Position numbers and translations under genes: made by a program. From Nitrosopumilus sp. (GTDB lineage: Archaea > Thermoproteota > Nitrososphaeria > Nitrososphaerales > Nitrosopumilaceae), in contig OZ245003.1 of assembly GCA_965223425.1 (NCBI GenBank), positions 544,001 to 608,000 on the forward strand: 64,000 bases of DNA, in the 5' to 3' direction. Under the pieces are notes generated by a model that made no database searches, had not been told where the DNA came from, and saw nothing but the letters and a program-made list of their open reading frames with translations. This document shows, one piece after another, positions 18,721-29,536 of the stretch; the stretch's first letter is position 1; the number at the start of each line of letters is the position of its first letter.

Positions 18721-18864
18721 CTTTTTGAATTTGAATCATTCTTATCGTCATCACCATCTAATTTCCTTGATCGTGGCACATAAGATTACGCCCATAACTA
18801 TGCCCAAAATTGTAAGGGTCTTGAATTAATTTGACAAGTCACCTCGAGGGCCTTTTCATTTTAA

Positions 18865-19212
18865 TTAAAAAATACCAAATTTGCTAGACTCCATTTCTTC
18901 TTTAATGGCAAGTCTGAACCGTGGAGACTTGTTTTCTGTATTCTTGGCTAACCAAGAAAGAAATTTTTTTTCCATTCCCTTTCCCTTCAGTCTATCAAAA
19001 TCTGCTCCCATCATCTCTGCTAACTTTTCAACCAATGATCTGTTTACGCTTAACACAAAAAAATGCCAGCCAAAAGCAAATTCCGAATCAGTCATCACAA
19101 AGTCTTCTTGACCGTGGACCATTTCTTCTAAAAGGGATAATTGACGCGTCAGCGCTTTGCTTGTTTTGTCATAATCCACTGCAGATACATTGATGTTGAT
19201 TCTCCCATCCAT
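18865..19212 (-). CDS. Hypothetical protein
   Basis: 115-aa ORF with host-like codon usage. Confidence 0.75.
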   Translation of the reverse strand: MDGRININVSAVDYDKTSKALTRQLSLLEEMVHGQEDFVMTDSEFAFGWHFFVLSVNRSLVEKLAEMMGADFDRLKGKGMEKKFLSWLAKNTENKSPRFRLAIKEEMESSKFGIF

Positions 19213-19243
19213 GATTTTTTCACGTCAAAACAAAATAAAAGGC

Positions 19244-20014
19244 TTATACTTGTTCCTCTTTCAAAAGATGTTCAAAATCTATGTCAAAATGCATTTTCAT
19301 TATGTTGATATACGTTTGAATTGATTCCGGAATTTCTTCACCACATGCTACCCCTAATTTTTTTGCGTTAATCCAAATTACCAGCGTTTGTATAATTGTT
19401 AAAAATCTATCGTTGCCAATCTCTGGGGATCCGATAGATTTTGTGTATCTTTCAGCAAACTCCCATGCTGTTACAAAATCTACGCATTTTACACCAAAAA
19501 CTGCTAGTAACTGCTCCTGCATACTTGATGCCTTTTTGAATGGTATTTTGTTGATAATATATGGGAAATCTACCTTGTCTGGAATGCAATCTGGAAGCGG
19601 CCCCCAAATTGTAATTACTTTTGTCTCTGGTTTTAGTTTTTCAAATTTTTCCAACATCTGATTAATTATGTCCCCATCTGTAAACCAAAACAAAATTACT
19701 GAGGCATCTGACAAGTCTGATTCTTCAATATTTTCACAGATTAACTGTCCTTGAATGTTTTTCTCTTCAAGACTTTCTTTTGCAAGTTGGATTTTTTTAG
19801 GATTATTGTCTATCCCTACAGCTTTTTTTACTTTGAACTGGTTTACTGCCATCTCAATTCCTTTTTCATTACCACAGCCCAAATGATAGAAAATGTCTGC
19901 CTCCCCTAAATTTACAAATTTAAAAATTTCATTAAATGCCTTTTCTGGCAGCTGAACATCCTCTCCACTAAGCAAGTTTTTTGGAAGCGTTTCCAAATAT
20001 TCCTCAATTTTCAA
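19244..20014 (-). CDS. Class I SAM-dependent methyltransferase-like protein
   Basis: FYHLGCGN, AVGID motifs. Confidence 0.8.
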   Translation of the reverse strand: MKIEEYLETLPKNLLSGEDVQLPEKAFNEIFKFVNLGEADIFYHLGCGNEKGIEMAVNQFKVKKAVGIDNNPKKIQLAKESLEEKNIQGQLICENIEESDLSDASVILFWFTDGDIINQMLEKFEKLKPETKVITIWGPLPDCIPDKVDFPYIINKIPFKKASSMQEQLLAVFGVKCVDFVTAWEFAERYTKSIGSPEIGNDRFLTIIQTLVIWINAKKLGVACGEEIPESIQTYINIMKMHFDIDFEHLLKEEQV

Positions 20015-20039
20015 TAATGTTCTTCTTACCTGGGAGGAT

Positions 20040-20318
20040 TTATTCTCTTATGCTTTCTAGTTTTGAAACTGCTTGCCATAACTGTGTCCGTACGTATGAA
20101 GGCATGTTCGGATCTTGCGTTACATCGTCTAACAGACTAATTGTATTTGCAGCTCTTACTGATAGAGAATATTCTTCATTATTCAAATCTGCAACCAGGT
20201 CTGTAATTGATTTTTTTATTGTTTTTGGAGTAGAATTGCTTGAAGCAATTTGATTTAATGTTTCAATTGCTTCTTTCATAGATTCTTTATTTCGAGTTTC
20301 ATCTACCATTTTTTCCAC
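20040..20318 (-). CDS. UPF0147 family protein
   Basis: VRAANTISLLDDVTQDPNMPSYVRTQLW. Confidence 0.9.
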   Translation of the reverse strand: MEKMVDETRNKESMKEAIETLNQIASSNSTPKTIKKSITDLVADLNNEEYSLSVRAANTISLLDDVTQDPNMPSYVRTQLWQAVSKLESIRE

Positions 20319-20345
20319 CTTTTCTTAAAAATTAGAAGTATATAG

Positions 20346-20654
20346 TTACATCTCTAGAAATACAGTATCTGATTCTATTACGATGCTATACGATGTCAAA
20401 TCTCTAATTTTTGCTGGGAATTTAACCAGGTTTCCTGTTTTACAATCAAACTGAGCTCCATGCCAACCGCATGTAACTGTGCATCCATCCAATTTCCCTT
20501 CAGAGAGACTTGCTCCTGAATGCGTACAAGAGTCATCTGTTGCATAGTATTCACCGTCAATATTTGCCACTAGGACATCTCGGCCATCAATGGATGCCTT
20601 TATCATTTTTCCAGGTGTAATATCTGATGTTTTACCAACGATCACTTTTCCCAT
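20346..20654 (-). CDS. Rieske-type ferredoxin
   Basis: CTH...CGWHGAQFD Rieske ligands. Confidence 0.92.
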   Translation of the reverse strand: MGKVIVGKTSDITPGKMIKASIDGRDVLVANIDGEYYATDDSCTHSGASLSEGKLDGCTVTCGWHGAQFDCKTGNLVKFPAKIRDLTSYSIVIESDTVFLEM

Positions 20655-20687
20655 GACAGTTTTTATCTGATAATTCTTAATATTTTT

Positions 20688-21485
20688 TTGTATAGGGCGA
20701 ATGTGATGATTAGAGATGCAACTGCTTTAGATAAAATTCCAATCTTGAAATTTTGTAGGGACACTTTTTCTTGGGGTGACTATGTGGATCAGGTTTGGGA
20801 TTTTTGGCTATCTGAGGGTCATTTGTTACTGTTTGAAAAAGAATCCCCCGTTGGAATGTGTCATGCCCTTTACACAGATGATCAAATCTGGATTGAAGGA
20901 ATAAGAATTGATCCTAATTTTCGAAGACAAAAGATTGCATCTGAATTAATAAAACATGCCGAATCAATAGGAAGAAACAAGTCTATTTCATTTTCCCATA
21001 TGCTAATTGATACTAAAAATACTTCATCCCTCTCTTTGGCCTCATCCCTAGATTATGATATTTTTCAAACTTGGAATTTTTACTCTCTCAAACCAAAAAA
21101 GAATTTGAACTATGATGATATTCAATTTGAAAAATCCCTTGATCCTCAACTCTATTCCCACTATGTAAAATCTTGGAGATGGCTTCCTATTGATGATTCT
21201 GCCTTGTCTGCATTTTATGAGCAAAACCAAATTGTAAAATCTTGTCTAGACGGCAATGCCTCAGTTGGAATCCTTACTGATTCTGAACATTTTGATAGTA
21301 CACTCATTGTTACATTGTTCTCAGGCTCACAAAATACCACACTACAAATAATTTCATTTTTACAAAATTATGGGTTTGAAAATAATTATGAACGAATACA
21401 AATTTTAACCAGAGAGAAACTGTCAATTTTTGATTCAGTGGAACACAGATTTTCATTTCATCTTATGAAAAAATCCTTAGACTAG
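20688..21485 (+). CDS. GNAT N-acetyltransferase
   Basis: WIEGIRIDPNFRRQKIA acetyl-CoA motif. Confidence 0.85.
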   Translation: MYRANVMIRDATALDKIPILKFCRDTFSWGDYVDQVWDFWLSEGHLLLFEKESPVGMCHALYTDDQIWIEGIRIDPNFRRQKIASELIKHAESIGRNKSISFSHMLIDTKNTSSLSLASSLDYDIFQTWNFYSLKPKKNLNYDDIQFEKSLDPQLYSHYVKSWRWLPIDDSALSAFYEQNQIVKSCLDGNASVGILTDSEHFDSTLIVTLFSGSQNTTLQIISFLQNYGFENNYERIQILTREKLSIFDSVEHRFSFHLMKKSLD

Positions 21486-22351
21486 TTTGATTTAACAACT
21501 TTTATTGTATTGTTTAAAATTCCAAGACCTTCAATCTCCATTTCCACTTTGTCGCCATCTTTCAAAAACACTGCGTTTGGCCTGTTTAGCATTACTCCTG
21601 CAGGAGTCCCAGTAGAAATAATATCCCCCTTTTCTAGAGTCATGACTTTGGAAATTTTCGAAATAATTTCTGGAATTTTAATGAACATGTTATTTGTGGA
21701 TGAATTCTGTCTCAACTCTCCATTGACTTTTGTTGTCAGTTTTAGATTTTGGGCATCCTTAATTTCATCAGCTGTTGTAATCCATGGCCCACACGGTGCA
21801 AATGAGTCAAAACTTTTTCCTCTAGTGAATTGCTTATCTTTGGATTGAATGTCTCTGGCTGAAACATCATTGAACACCATATAACCAAATACTGTGTCTG
21901 CTGCATCATTCACGCTGATATTTTTGCAGTTTTTGCCAATAATCATGGCCAATTCCACTTCATAGTCTAACTGTGTAATAAAATCTGGACATACAATATC
22001 TGACTGAGCGCCAGTTAATGTAGTTCGGGGTTTTATTACAATGGAGGGATCTTCGGGCGCCTGTAATCCCTGTTCCTCGGCATGATCAACATAATTAAAT
22101 GCCAAACAAACTATTTTGTTCGGATTTGGTATGGGCGATAATAATTTAAATTTCGAAATATTTTCTTCGTATGGCAAGTCATTGATTTTATTTTTAATTT
22201 CATTGTACCATCCATCAAAAAGAAAATTCTTTACATTATGTGGAATTGGGATTCCGGTAGAGAAGGTTATTTCATCTTTTGTTGCCACCTTGTCTCCTTT
22301 TATGAAACCATATGTTTCATTATTTCCATCTGAGAATCGTGCTATTTTCAT
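21482..22351 (-). CDS. Fumarylacetoacetate hydrolase family protein
   Basis: NYVDH, LDYEVEL, NDVSARD, GKSFD, GDIISTGTPAGV. Confidence 0.93.
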   Translation of the reverse strand: MKIARFSDGNNETYGFIKGDKVATKDEITFSTGIPIPHNVKNFLFDGWYNEIKNKINDLPYEENISKFKLLSPIPNPNKIVCLAFNYVDHAEEQGLQAPEDPSIVIKPRTTLTGAQSDIVCPDFITQLDYEVELAMIIGKNCKNISVNDAADTVFGYMVFNDVSARDIQSKDKQFTRGKSFDSFAPCGPWITTADEIKDAQNLKLTTKVNGELRQNSSTNNMFIKIPEIISKISKVMTLEKGDIISTGTPAGVMLNRPNAVFLKDGDKVEMEIEGLGILNNTIKVVKSN

Positions 22352-22357
22352 TATTGA

Positions 22358-24067
22358 TCACTTGTGTGTAAAAATTGCTTGATTTTGCGAATCTTTTCTG
22401 CAATATCCAAATCTAACAAATTGAATTTCTTCTCCTTCTTTTAACTGTAAATATTGCGGTTCTGTATAAACGTCTAATTCTTCCAAACTATCTGTGTTAA
22501 ATTCTTCTCCATTGAATAACATTTTTGGAATGATCATTTTAATTTCATGTGCTGTTTTTTGGGGAACCCATTGAATTTTTAGTATGTCGCCTGCTTCACC
22601 CTCTCCGACAAATTCTCCTTCAAGCTCTGCCTCATTTTTTGTTATGGATATGTTTCCTAATCCTAAAAGTCTAATTTGCATTCCTTTCTTGATGTTTTGC
22701 GCATCGTCTCCAGAAATATAGAAATTTCCGTCAATCTCAATTTTTCTTTTTCCCATGTCGTTTATTGGATGATTAGGAATTTCAACTGATGATGTAGACA
22801 AATTTTTCACTGTCAATTTTTTCGCATTGCTTACCATGAATAATCTTATACTTTTTGAATCAACAAATTTTCGATTAAACGCTTCTAATGCATCAAATGG
22901 TGCTAGTGTGTTTGCTTTGGTCAATCCTAACGATAAAATGAATTTTTTAATAGCCTCAGGCTTGATTCCTCTCCTTCTTAGGGCCTCTAGGGTTGGCAGT
23001 CTAGGATCGTCATACCAGGAAACTTTTCCCTCCTCAATCAGAGGCTTGATAATTCTTTTTGAAATAGGCATGCCTTTGAATTCTAGTCTGGAGAAAAACC
23101 CTTGGTACGGCTTTCTCATTTTTAGCGTGTCTAAAATTGCATCTATGAGTTCTTCTCTTAATTCAAACTCTTTTGAGCGAAACGCATGTGTAACCCCATC
23201 AATACTGTCTTCAATGGCAACTGCCATGTCATAACTTGGCCAAATTCTGTATTTTTCTCCCAGTGTGTAGTGTTTTTCATCAATAATTCTGAACAGTACC
23301 GGATCTCTCATGACTGCATTATCTGCTTTCATGTCTCCACGAAATCTTACAACTGCCTCACCTGGTTTGAATTTTGCACTCATTTTTTCCCAATTTTTAT
23401 TGTTTTTTTCAATATCCACCATACTGCATTTGCATGCTTTTCTTTCTCTTCTGTTCTTGCTAATGTCGTCTCTTTTACAAGTGCAAACATATGCTTTTCC
23501 AGAATTAATTAATTCCATTCCTTTTTCATAAAATAATTCCATGTCATCTGAAGTATTTTTTATTGTGTCAATCTTGATTCCCAACCATTCTAATCCTACT
23601 TTGATTGCTGCATGATATTCCATTCTTTCTGCTTCGGGATTTGTATCATCCATTCTAAGAATAAATTTTCCACCGTACATCTTTGCATATTCTGAATTAA
23701 TTATGGCAGCCTTTGCATGTCCTATGTGAGGATATCCATTTGGTTCTGGAGGAAATCTTGTAACAACATTTCCTTGCTCTGCATCTTTTAATTCTGGAAG
23801 GCCCTCCCTTTCTACAATTTTTTCCCTAGGCGCTAAAATTTCTGGAAAGCTTTCTTCAATTTCCTTTTTTTGCTCTTCAGGTGATAATTGATTTACAGCA
23901 GTGACAATTTCAGAAATATCTCCTGTAATCTCTTTTACTTTAGTTCTAAATTCTGGTTTTGTTCCCAAAATTTTACCTAAGACTATCTTGTCTTGAGTTT
24001 GACCTTCATGCTCAAACGCGTTTTGAAGGGCCATTTTTCTAATTTCTTTTTTCAGTTCTTCCTCCAT
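22358..24067 (-). CDS. gltX: Glutamyl-tRNA synthetase
   Basis: TRFPPEPNGYPHIGH, RMDDTNP, ISKR. Confidence 0.96.
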   Translation of the reverse strand: MEEELKKEIRKMALQNAFEHEGQTQDKIVLGKILGTKPEFRTKVKEITGDISEIVTAVNQLSPEEQKKEIEESFPEILAPREKIVEREGLPELKDAEQGNVVTRFPPEPNGYPHIGHAKAAIINSEYAKMYGGKFILRMDDTNPEAERMEYHAAIKVGLEWLGIKIDTIKNTSDDMELFYEKGMELINSGKAYVCTCKRDDISKNRRERKACKCSMVDIEKNNKNWEKMSAKFKPGEAVVRFRGDMKADNAVMRDPVLFRIIDEKHYTLGEKYRIWPSYDMAVAIEDSIDGVTHAFRSKEFELREELIDAILDTLKMRKPYQGFFSRLEFKGMPISKRIIKPLIEEGKVSWYDDPRLPTLEALRRRGIKPEAIKKFILSLGLTKANTLAPFDALEAFNRKFVDSKSIRLFMVSNAKKLTVKNLSTSSVEIPNHPINDMGKRKIEIDGNFYISGDDAQNIKKGMQIRLLGLGNISITKNEAELEGEFVGEGEAGDILKIQWVPQKTAHEIKMIIPKMLFNGEEFNTDSLEELDVYTEPQYLQLKEGEEIQFVRFGYCRKDSQNQAIFTHK

Positions 24068-24087
24068 TCTGAATCTACCTATTATGA

Positions 24088-25068
24088 TTAAACACTTCTT
24101 TTAACTACAAAACCCAATAACGCAATTAATTCTGTTTTGGCAGAGCCTGAGTATTTTGCCAATGATTTTTCCGCTTTTTCTGCGTACTTTAGAGCCTGTT
24201 TTCTGACGTCTTCTTCGATTCCAAGAGACCGAATTACCCCCACAGCCTTGTTTAGATCATTTTTTGTTGCCTTGGGATTTCCAAATGATTTTAAAATTAT
24301 TTTTTTATCTTTACCTCTCGCTGACTTTATGGCCATTAGAATTGGAAGTGATTTTTTGCCTTCCCTGAGATCATTTCCTACGGGTTTCTTTGTAACCTTG
24401 GGATCTCCCATTACTCCTATAATGTCATCAGTTATCTGAAACGCAATTCCCAGGTTTCTTCCAAATGATGAAAGATTTGCAATATCACTGGATTTGTTTG
24501 TAGCACAAATAGCTCCCATTGCACATGACACATCAAACAATGCGGCCGTTTTCTTTCCAATCATTGTAATGTAGTCTGTTTGTGATGGAGTTTTCTTTTC
24601 TTCGGCCATCTTTACATCTAACAACTGTCCTTCACATACATCCACACATGCTTTTGATAATCTGGAAACCAATTTTGTAGTCGCGTTTGTAGATAATTTT
24701 GAATCAGAAATTGTTTGGAATGCTTTTGAAAATAAAACATCTCCTGCTAAAATTGCAATTGGCATCCCAAATTTTTCATGTACCGTTGGAACACCGTGAC
24801 GCATTTCGTCATTATCCATAATATCATCATGCACTAAAGTAAAATTGTGAACCATTTCTACAGCACTTGCAGCTGGCATTGCATTGGAAATCCTTCCTCC
24901 TAAAATCTGGCAACTTCTAATTGCCATGTATGGCCTTAGTCTTTTTCCGCCGTGAATAATAAGATGTTCTGCTGCGTCGTAGAGTTTTTTTGGATTGCCT
25001 TTTAGTTTAGAATTTAGATACTTGTTTACTGTTTTTGCGTTTTTTTCAATTTGCTTAGTTTTTTTCAT
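24088..25068 (-). CDS. Geranylgeranyl diphosphate synthase
   Basis: GGKRLRP, HDDIMD, FQITDD. Confidence 0.95.
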   Translation of the reverse strand: MKKTKQIEKNAKTVNKYLNSKLKGNPKKLYDAAEHLIIHGGKRLRPYMAIRSCQILGGRISNAMPAASAVEMVHNFTLVHDDIMDNDEMRHGVPTVHEKFGMPIAILAGDVLFSKAFQTISDSKLSTNATTKLVSRLSKACVDVCEGQLLDVKMAEEKKTPSQTDYITMIGKKTAALFDVSCAMGAICATNKSSDIANLSSFGRNLGIAFQITDDIIGVMGDPKVTKKPVGNDLREGKKSLPILMAIKSARGKDKKIILKSFGNPKATKNDLNKAVGVIRSLGIEEDVRKQALKYAEKAEKSLAKYSGSAKTELIALLGFVVKRSV

Positions 25069-25705
25069 TTACTAGTCTCCACTTGTCTTTTGGTAAATGA
25101 GTCTTGATTGCCTCGATCAATACCTCGTGAATCTCACTATTCGTCCACGCAGATAAGACATTTCCGTGTTTTTCAAGCACAGTTTGGTCAGATTTATCAA
25201 GTAATTCTAGTGCAATAAGCATCCATGGACAATAAATTTGAGGATTTATCTTTAATTCTGAGAGTAACTCTTTTGCAGAAATCCATTTAATCTCCTCAAT
25301 TTCACCTTCCACTTCTTTTAGTTCTGAAGAATTGTCAATTATTCCAATTAATGTTCCACAAATTTCATTTTCAGAACCTACATCTTTGTAGGGCACATGA
25401 TATTCAAATTTGTGTAAATAATCCAATTTCCCCTCAATTCCTAGTTCTTCTGGCATTCTTCTTTCTCCTGATGATGCGTATGTTTCTGACTCTCTTGGAT
25501 GACTTGCAAACGTACCATCCCACCTGCCTGGCCATAACATCTTCTCTTTTGCCCGCCTTGTTAGTGCCAGTCTATTCTCTTTATCAAACAATAAAGCAGT
25601 AAATGCTCTATGCAGTCTTCCATTTGGTAGATGACACCTTGCTTTTTCTTCAGTACCTATCGGACTGTCGTTTTCATCAACTAAAATTACAAATTCTTCA
25701 GACAT
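25055..25705 (-). CDS. idi: Type 1 isopentenyl-diphosphate isomerase
   Basis: VILVDEND, LHRAF, ASHP, ENEIC, CPW; likely ATG at 25705. Confidence 0.9.
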   Translation of the reverse strand: MSEEFVILVDENDSPIGTEEKARCHLPNGRLHRAFTALLFDKENRLALTRRAKEKMLWPGRWDGTFASHPRESETYASSGERRMPEELGIEGKLDYLHKFEYHVPYKDVGSENEICGTLIGIIDNSSELKEVEGEIEEIKWISAKELLSELKINPQIYCPWMLIALELLDKSDQTVLEKHGNVLSAWTNSEIHEVLIEAIKTHLPKDKWRLVNEKN

Positions 25706-26450
25706 TTCGTTTACCCCTAAACAGCGTTCCTTCATATTTTCTATTTTTAATTGCTTTTGCAATTCTTTCTGGTTTGTTGCCATTTACAAAAAATACGTTT
25801 AATCCCATCTTTGAAATTTTTGAAGCCTCATCAACCTTTCTGGTCATTCCTCCAGTTACATCCATCTTGTTTTCTGAAATTAAGGGACGTTTGCCTTTTA
25901 ATTCATAAATTAATTTTTTTGATTTAAGATCAGAATACAACCCATCTTCGTTTAAGGCAAAAATACAAAGTCTTGGTTTTAGAATCTTTGCAAGATGAGT
26001 CATAATTTTGTCCCCCGATAAAATGTACGTTTTTTTCTGTCCGTACCATAAAGCATCTCCATATGTGACTGGAATCAAGCCTGATTCTGCAATTTTCTTA
26101 CTTTCATTCACTTTTTTTAAAACTGGTTTGTTTCCTGACATAAAATCAGCTGGTGGAAGACAATACGGATTCAATCTATTTTTTAATAATGCATCCAAAA
26201 TCATCTTGTTTAACTCGATCATTGAATTTTTTACAATTGAAACTCCCCTAGGATCATATTTTTTTCCTTTAGTATGCATGTCATATTTTGCAGACCAATA
26301 ATGTCCATAGGAGCCCCCACCGTGAACAATTATGATTGGCTCATCAATTTTCTTCAAGGCCTTGGCAAGTTTGTCCATTGCCTTTCTTCTAGCTGATAAC
26401 GGCTTTTCTTTATTTGTGATAACCGAGCCGCCAAATTTTATTAGAATCAT
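25698..26450 (-). CDS. ipk: Isopentenyl phosphate kinase
   Basis: KFGGSVIT.K, VHGGGSYGH, SGD, DVTGGM. Confidence 0.92.
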   Translation of the reverse strand: MILIKFGGSVITNKEKPLSARRKAMDKLAKALKKIDEPIIIVHGGGSYGHYWSAKYDMHTKGKKYDPRGVSIVKNSMIELNKMILDALLKNRLNPYCLPPADFMSGNKPVLKKVNESKKIAESGLIPVTYGDALWYGQKKTYILSGDKIMTHLAKILKPRLCIFALNEDGLYSDLKSKKLIYELKGKRPLISENKMDVTGGMTRKVDEASKISKMGLNVFFVNGNKPERIAKAIKNRKYEGTLFRGKRNV

Positions 26451-26534
26451 GCTGTTCCAAATTATGTAGTCAATTAAAAAGTAATGGAGTCATTTTTGTA
26501 AGATTTATAACCTGTTTTAGTAGATGTAAGTAAT

Positions 26535-27566
26535 ATGTCTACTATTTTGAACAAATCCCGAAGCAAGAAGAGTATTGAGGAAAAGATACAGACAAAATCC
26601 AGTGGCACGCAAAAGAACTTTCAAGTGATAATAAAGAACTTTGAGGACTTTTGTATGGAAAAATATCACCTCTCATGTGATGGTATTATTGCAGAATATG
26701 CAAAGGTTGATGATAATCAGATATATGATTCCTTGCAGGACTGGATAAACTGGAACCATAACAGAGGAGTTCACTCTAACACCCTGCCCATGTGGTTCTC
26801 TTATCTGAAGAAATATCTGAGATACAGGGGGATAAAGATCATAGCCGAAGATGCCCGAGACAATATTGACTTTCCACATAAGATAAAGGAGGAGAAATAT
26901 CCGTTGACACGAGGGGAGATCAGAAAGATACTCGATACTTGCAGTAGCAAGAACAGGTTTAGGATAATGGCACAAATTTCAAGCGGGCTGAGGCGTGGAG
27001 AGCTGCTACGACTACGAAAAAAGGATCTTGATGTGACAACAGAGAGGATTACAATAAATGTTCCTGCACAGATTACCAAAACAAAAAAATCACGGATTAC
27101 CTTTTTCAGCATGGAAACCCAAGATATGATAATTGGCATGTTACATGGCCTAAATGATGATGACTTTGTATTTGGAAGCAAGAATGGCAGAAATCAGTAT
27201 ACTGGAAGCTCATATCAAAAGGCACTAGTCAACTGTCTGGAAAAGATTGGCTTTGACCAAAAATATTCTTCTGGAACCCACAAAATATCAACTCACAGCT
27301 TCAGGGCATTTTTCATAACCAAGGTGTCACGACATGATCCAAATCTTGCCAAATACTTTGCAGGACAGGAACAGACAGGAGATCTGTTAATGTATGACAG
27401 GCTTACACTTGATGAGAAATTACAGAGATATATCGAATTTGAGACTGACTTGCTGATTTTTGATGAGAAAAAAGAGACCTTACAGGAAAGAGAGATTGCA
27501 CAACTCAGAACAGAAGTTGAAACGTTGAGGGAATTTAAAAAAAATTCGTTAAAAGAGGAATCATGA
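26535..27566 (+). CDS. Tyrosine recombinase/integrase
   Basis: SSGLRRGELLRL, TKTK, STHSFR, LMYDR catalytic motifs (AGQ at the usual LGH position). Confidence 0.93.
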   Translation: MSTILNKSRSKKSIEEKIQTKSSGTQKNFQVIIKNFEDFCMEKYHLSCDGIIAEYAKVDDNQIYDSLQDWINWNHNRGVHSNTLPMWFSYLKKYLRYRGIKIIAEDARDNIDFPHKIKEEKYPLTRGEIRKILDTCSSKNRFRIMAQISSGLRRGELLRLRKKDLDVTTERITINVPAQITKTKKSRITFFSMETQDMIIGMLHGLNDDDFVFGSKNGRNQYTGSSYQKALVNCLEKIGFDQKYSSGTHKISTHSFRAFFITKVSRHDPNLAKYFAGQEQTGDLLMYDRLTLDEKLQRYIEFETDLLIFDEKKETLQEREIAQLRTEVETLREFKKNSLKEES

Positions 27567-27630
27567 ATGACTCAAAATATCGTAATTCATGATGTGGGTA
27601 TTAAGGATCGTCAAATTAGATTAAACAAAT

Positions 27631-28272
27631 ATGTGGGAATGTCTTTTCCTGGGAATCTCTGAAATGACATTTCTTAACAACAAAACTATTGGCATAACAA
27701 TGCTGATAATCATCGTATCTGTCTTGTCTTATTTTGCAATGTGGGATTATATGAGAGAGGGTGAGTTTCTGGGAAAATGGGCCTCCGCAATTACAGTAAT
27801 CTCTGTTGCCGTATCTCCAATATGGTATTTTTGGACGCGGTATCAGGATAAAAAAGATGAACAAGACCGTGCTTCAAGAAACCTGTATGGTGAATTAAAG
27901 GATGCATTAGATGGGTTGGATGATACCAAATATTCAGATGACGTAGTGACAATCACTTTTAATGAAAAATCCCCCGTCTTTATGAACAGGGATATGAACC
28001 ATGACATTTATGACAGTCTTGTAAGTTCCGGAAAAATAAATTTCTTGACATACGAGCTGCAGCAGGGGATCCAAGATATCTTTAGAAGAATTAAACAGCA
28101 CAACTACTATGTTACATTAGTCATGGAATTATCTGATAAAGAAAACAGGGTTAACAAAAAAGCTCTCAAATATTGCATATCAATGGAATCTACCGAAGAC
28201 AAACTGTTAAGAGATATACCAGATATGATGAAAAAATTAGAAAACGATTTTAATATAAAATCAATCTCGTGA
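27631..28272 (+). CDS. Element cargo: membrane-anchored hypothetical protein
   Basis: Two N-terminal TM segments then a helical domain; the start is probably the MTFLNNK ATG. Confidence 0.75.
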   Translation: MWECLFLGISEMTFLNNKTIGITMLIIIVSVLSYFAMWDYMREGEFLGKWASAITVISVAVSPIWYFWTRYQDKKDEQDRASRNLYGELKDALDGLDDTKYSDDVVTITFNEKSPVFMNRDMNHDIYDSLVSSGKINFLTYELQQGIQDIFRRIKQHNYYVTLVMELSDKENRVNKKALKYCISMESTEDKLLRDIPDMMKKLENDFNIKSIS

Positions 28273-28462
28273 TTTTGGTCTAGGTTTACCTTGGGTAATT
28301 GTCACGCCTTCTGAATTGGTCCCTGATTCATATCTTGGCATTGACCGACTCCCCTGTCTGTTATTCGTATCTTTTGCAATTTTTCCTGATTGTTCTTTTG
28401 CCATACTCTTGGTATGGCTGTATTATGTTTAAAACTTTTGGGAAAAACAATTCAGGCCAGGC

Positions 28463-29215
28463 ATGTATTGGCAGGCAAAACCAGTCATTACTGGTAGATT
28501 TTTAACCCACCTCTACTCTTTTGGATGCATGCAAAGGCTGACTAGACTGGAAAAAAAGGTTGTGGATTTTCTAGGAGACAAGTACAAGCATGTCACGACT
28601 CAATACAAGGAGGTCAATGACACAAAGCGACTCTCAAAGACAAAATCAGACATCATAGCCAAGATAAAAAATAACATAGAGGGATTCATGACCATGTCTG
28701 ATATAATCAAGGTCTCAAGTATCACGCCAGACAGGATTAGCCAACAGGGACATAATTCTGAGAACAAGAAATACATCAGGGAACTACACTCTTCTCTTTC
28801 AAGGGATCTGATAGAGGCAACAGTGGGTTTTAACTTGGTGGCACAGCCTGATACTTTGGAATATTTCAAAGAGGTTCAAAGAGACATTGCACGTGATATC
28901 TTCAGTCCTACATTTACCTATATGCTGATACGAGCAATCTTTGCGTTTCATCCGACAGGCATAATATCACAAAATCTTGGAGATCATATGACATATTCCA
29001 ATCCACGTGAGCTGGACTCTGAGCATTACAGGGAACATCACAAGCTATACTATCACGAGCTTGCAACAATACTGGTAGAATCAGGACTAGATGAGATTAA
29101 AAAAGACCTGCATCCGGACAAGGACAGGGCAATAATTAATCACCTAGATTTGACTGTAAACATGATACAAAAACTCAATTACAACGTTGAAAGAGTCAAA
29201 CCGGATTCATCTTAA
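28463..29215 (+). CDS. Element cargo: hypothetical protein
   Basis: Long ORF; the start is probably MQRLTRLE; no family recognised. Confidence 0.7.
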   Translation: MYWQAKPVITGRFLTHLYSFGCMQRLTRLEKKVVDFLGDKYKHVTTQYKEVNDTKRLSKTKSDIIAKIKNNIEGFMTMSDIIKVSSITPDRISQQGHNSENKKYIRELHSSLSRDLIEATVGFNLVAQPDTLEYFKEVQRDIARDIFSPTFTYMLIRAIFAFHPTGIISQNLGDHMTYSNPRELDSEHYREHHKLYYHELATILVESGLDEIKKDLHPDKDRAIINHLDLTVNMIQKLNYNVERVKPDSS

Positions 29216-29536
29216 CTGCAATCCATCTCGTGTTTTATTCCTCTGATGTTGTGATTGGTTCATTTTTATCAAGTTTTTCCTTGATTGTTTTCTAATTCTC
29301 AATATAATATCTAGTAGCGTCTTCTACAGAAATGATTACATCCTTTAGTGTTTCATAGGGATCCTGAATTAGTGTGATCTTTTGTTGTATGGATTTTTGT
29401 TCATCTTTTACGTCTTCCACAATATCCAAACTGTCTGTTACAAGATGTAATCATGTTGCAAGAACTAGAATCAAAACCGTTACATTGCATGCATGTCTCT
29501 AATTTTAACACTTGTTGCAGTTATTTTAAAATTAAA

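Larger units (their letters stand above)
14713..18856. mobile_element. Degenerate genomic island at the tRNA-His 3' end
   Basis: tRNA 3' end TCCCCTCGAAGGCCCTCT (14713-14730) recurs as TCACCTCGAGGGCCTTTT (18839-18856; 14/18, core 10/11) where conserved genes resume. Content is pseudogenes and orphan genes; no integrase inside. Confidence 0.55.

Noticed and set aside
25706-25783. N-terminal extension of idi in the ORF track
   Set aside because: Overlaps ipk; the ATG at 25705 gives a normal IDI start.
26535-27566. Integrase as the integron-type recombinase of the cassette array
   Set aside because: It lies 8 kb away inside its own element, with an att core unlike the junction motif; no link is visible in this window.
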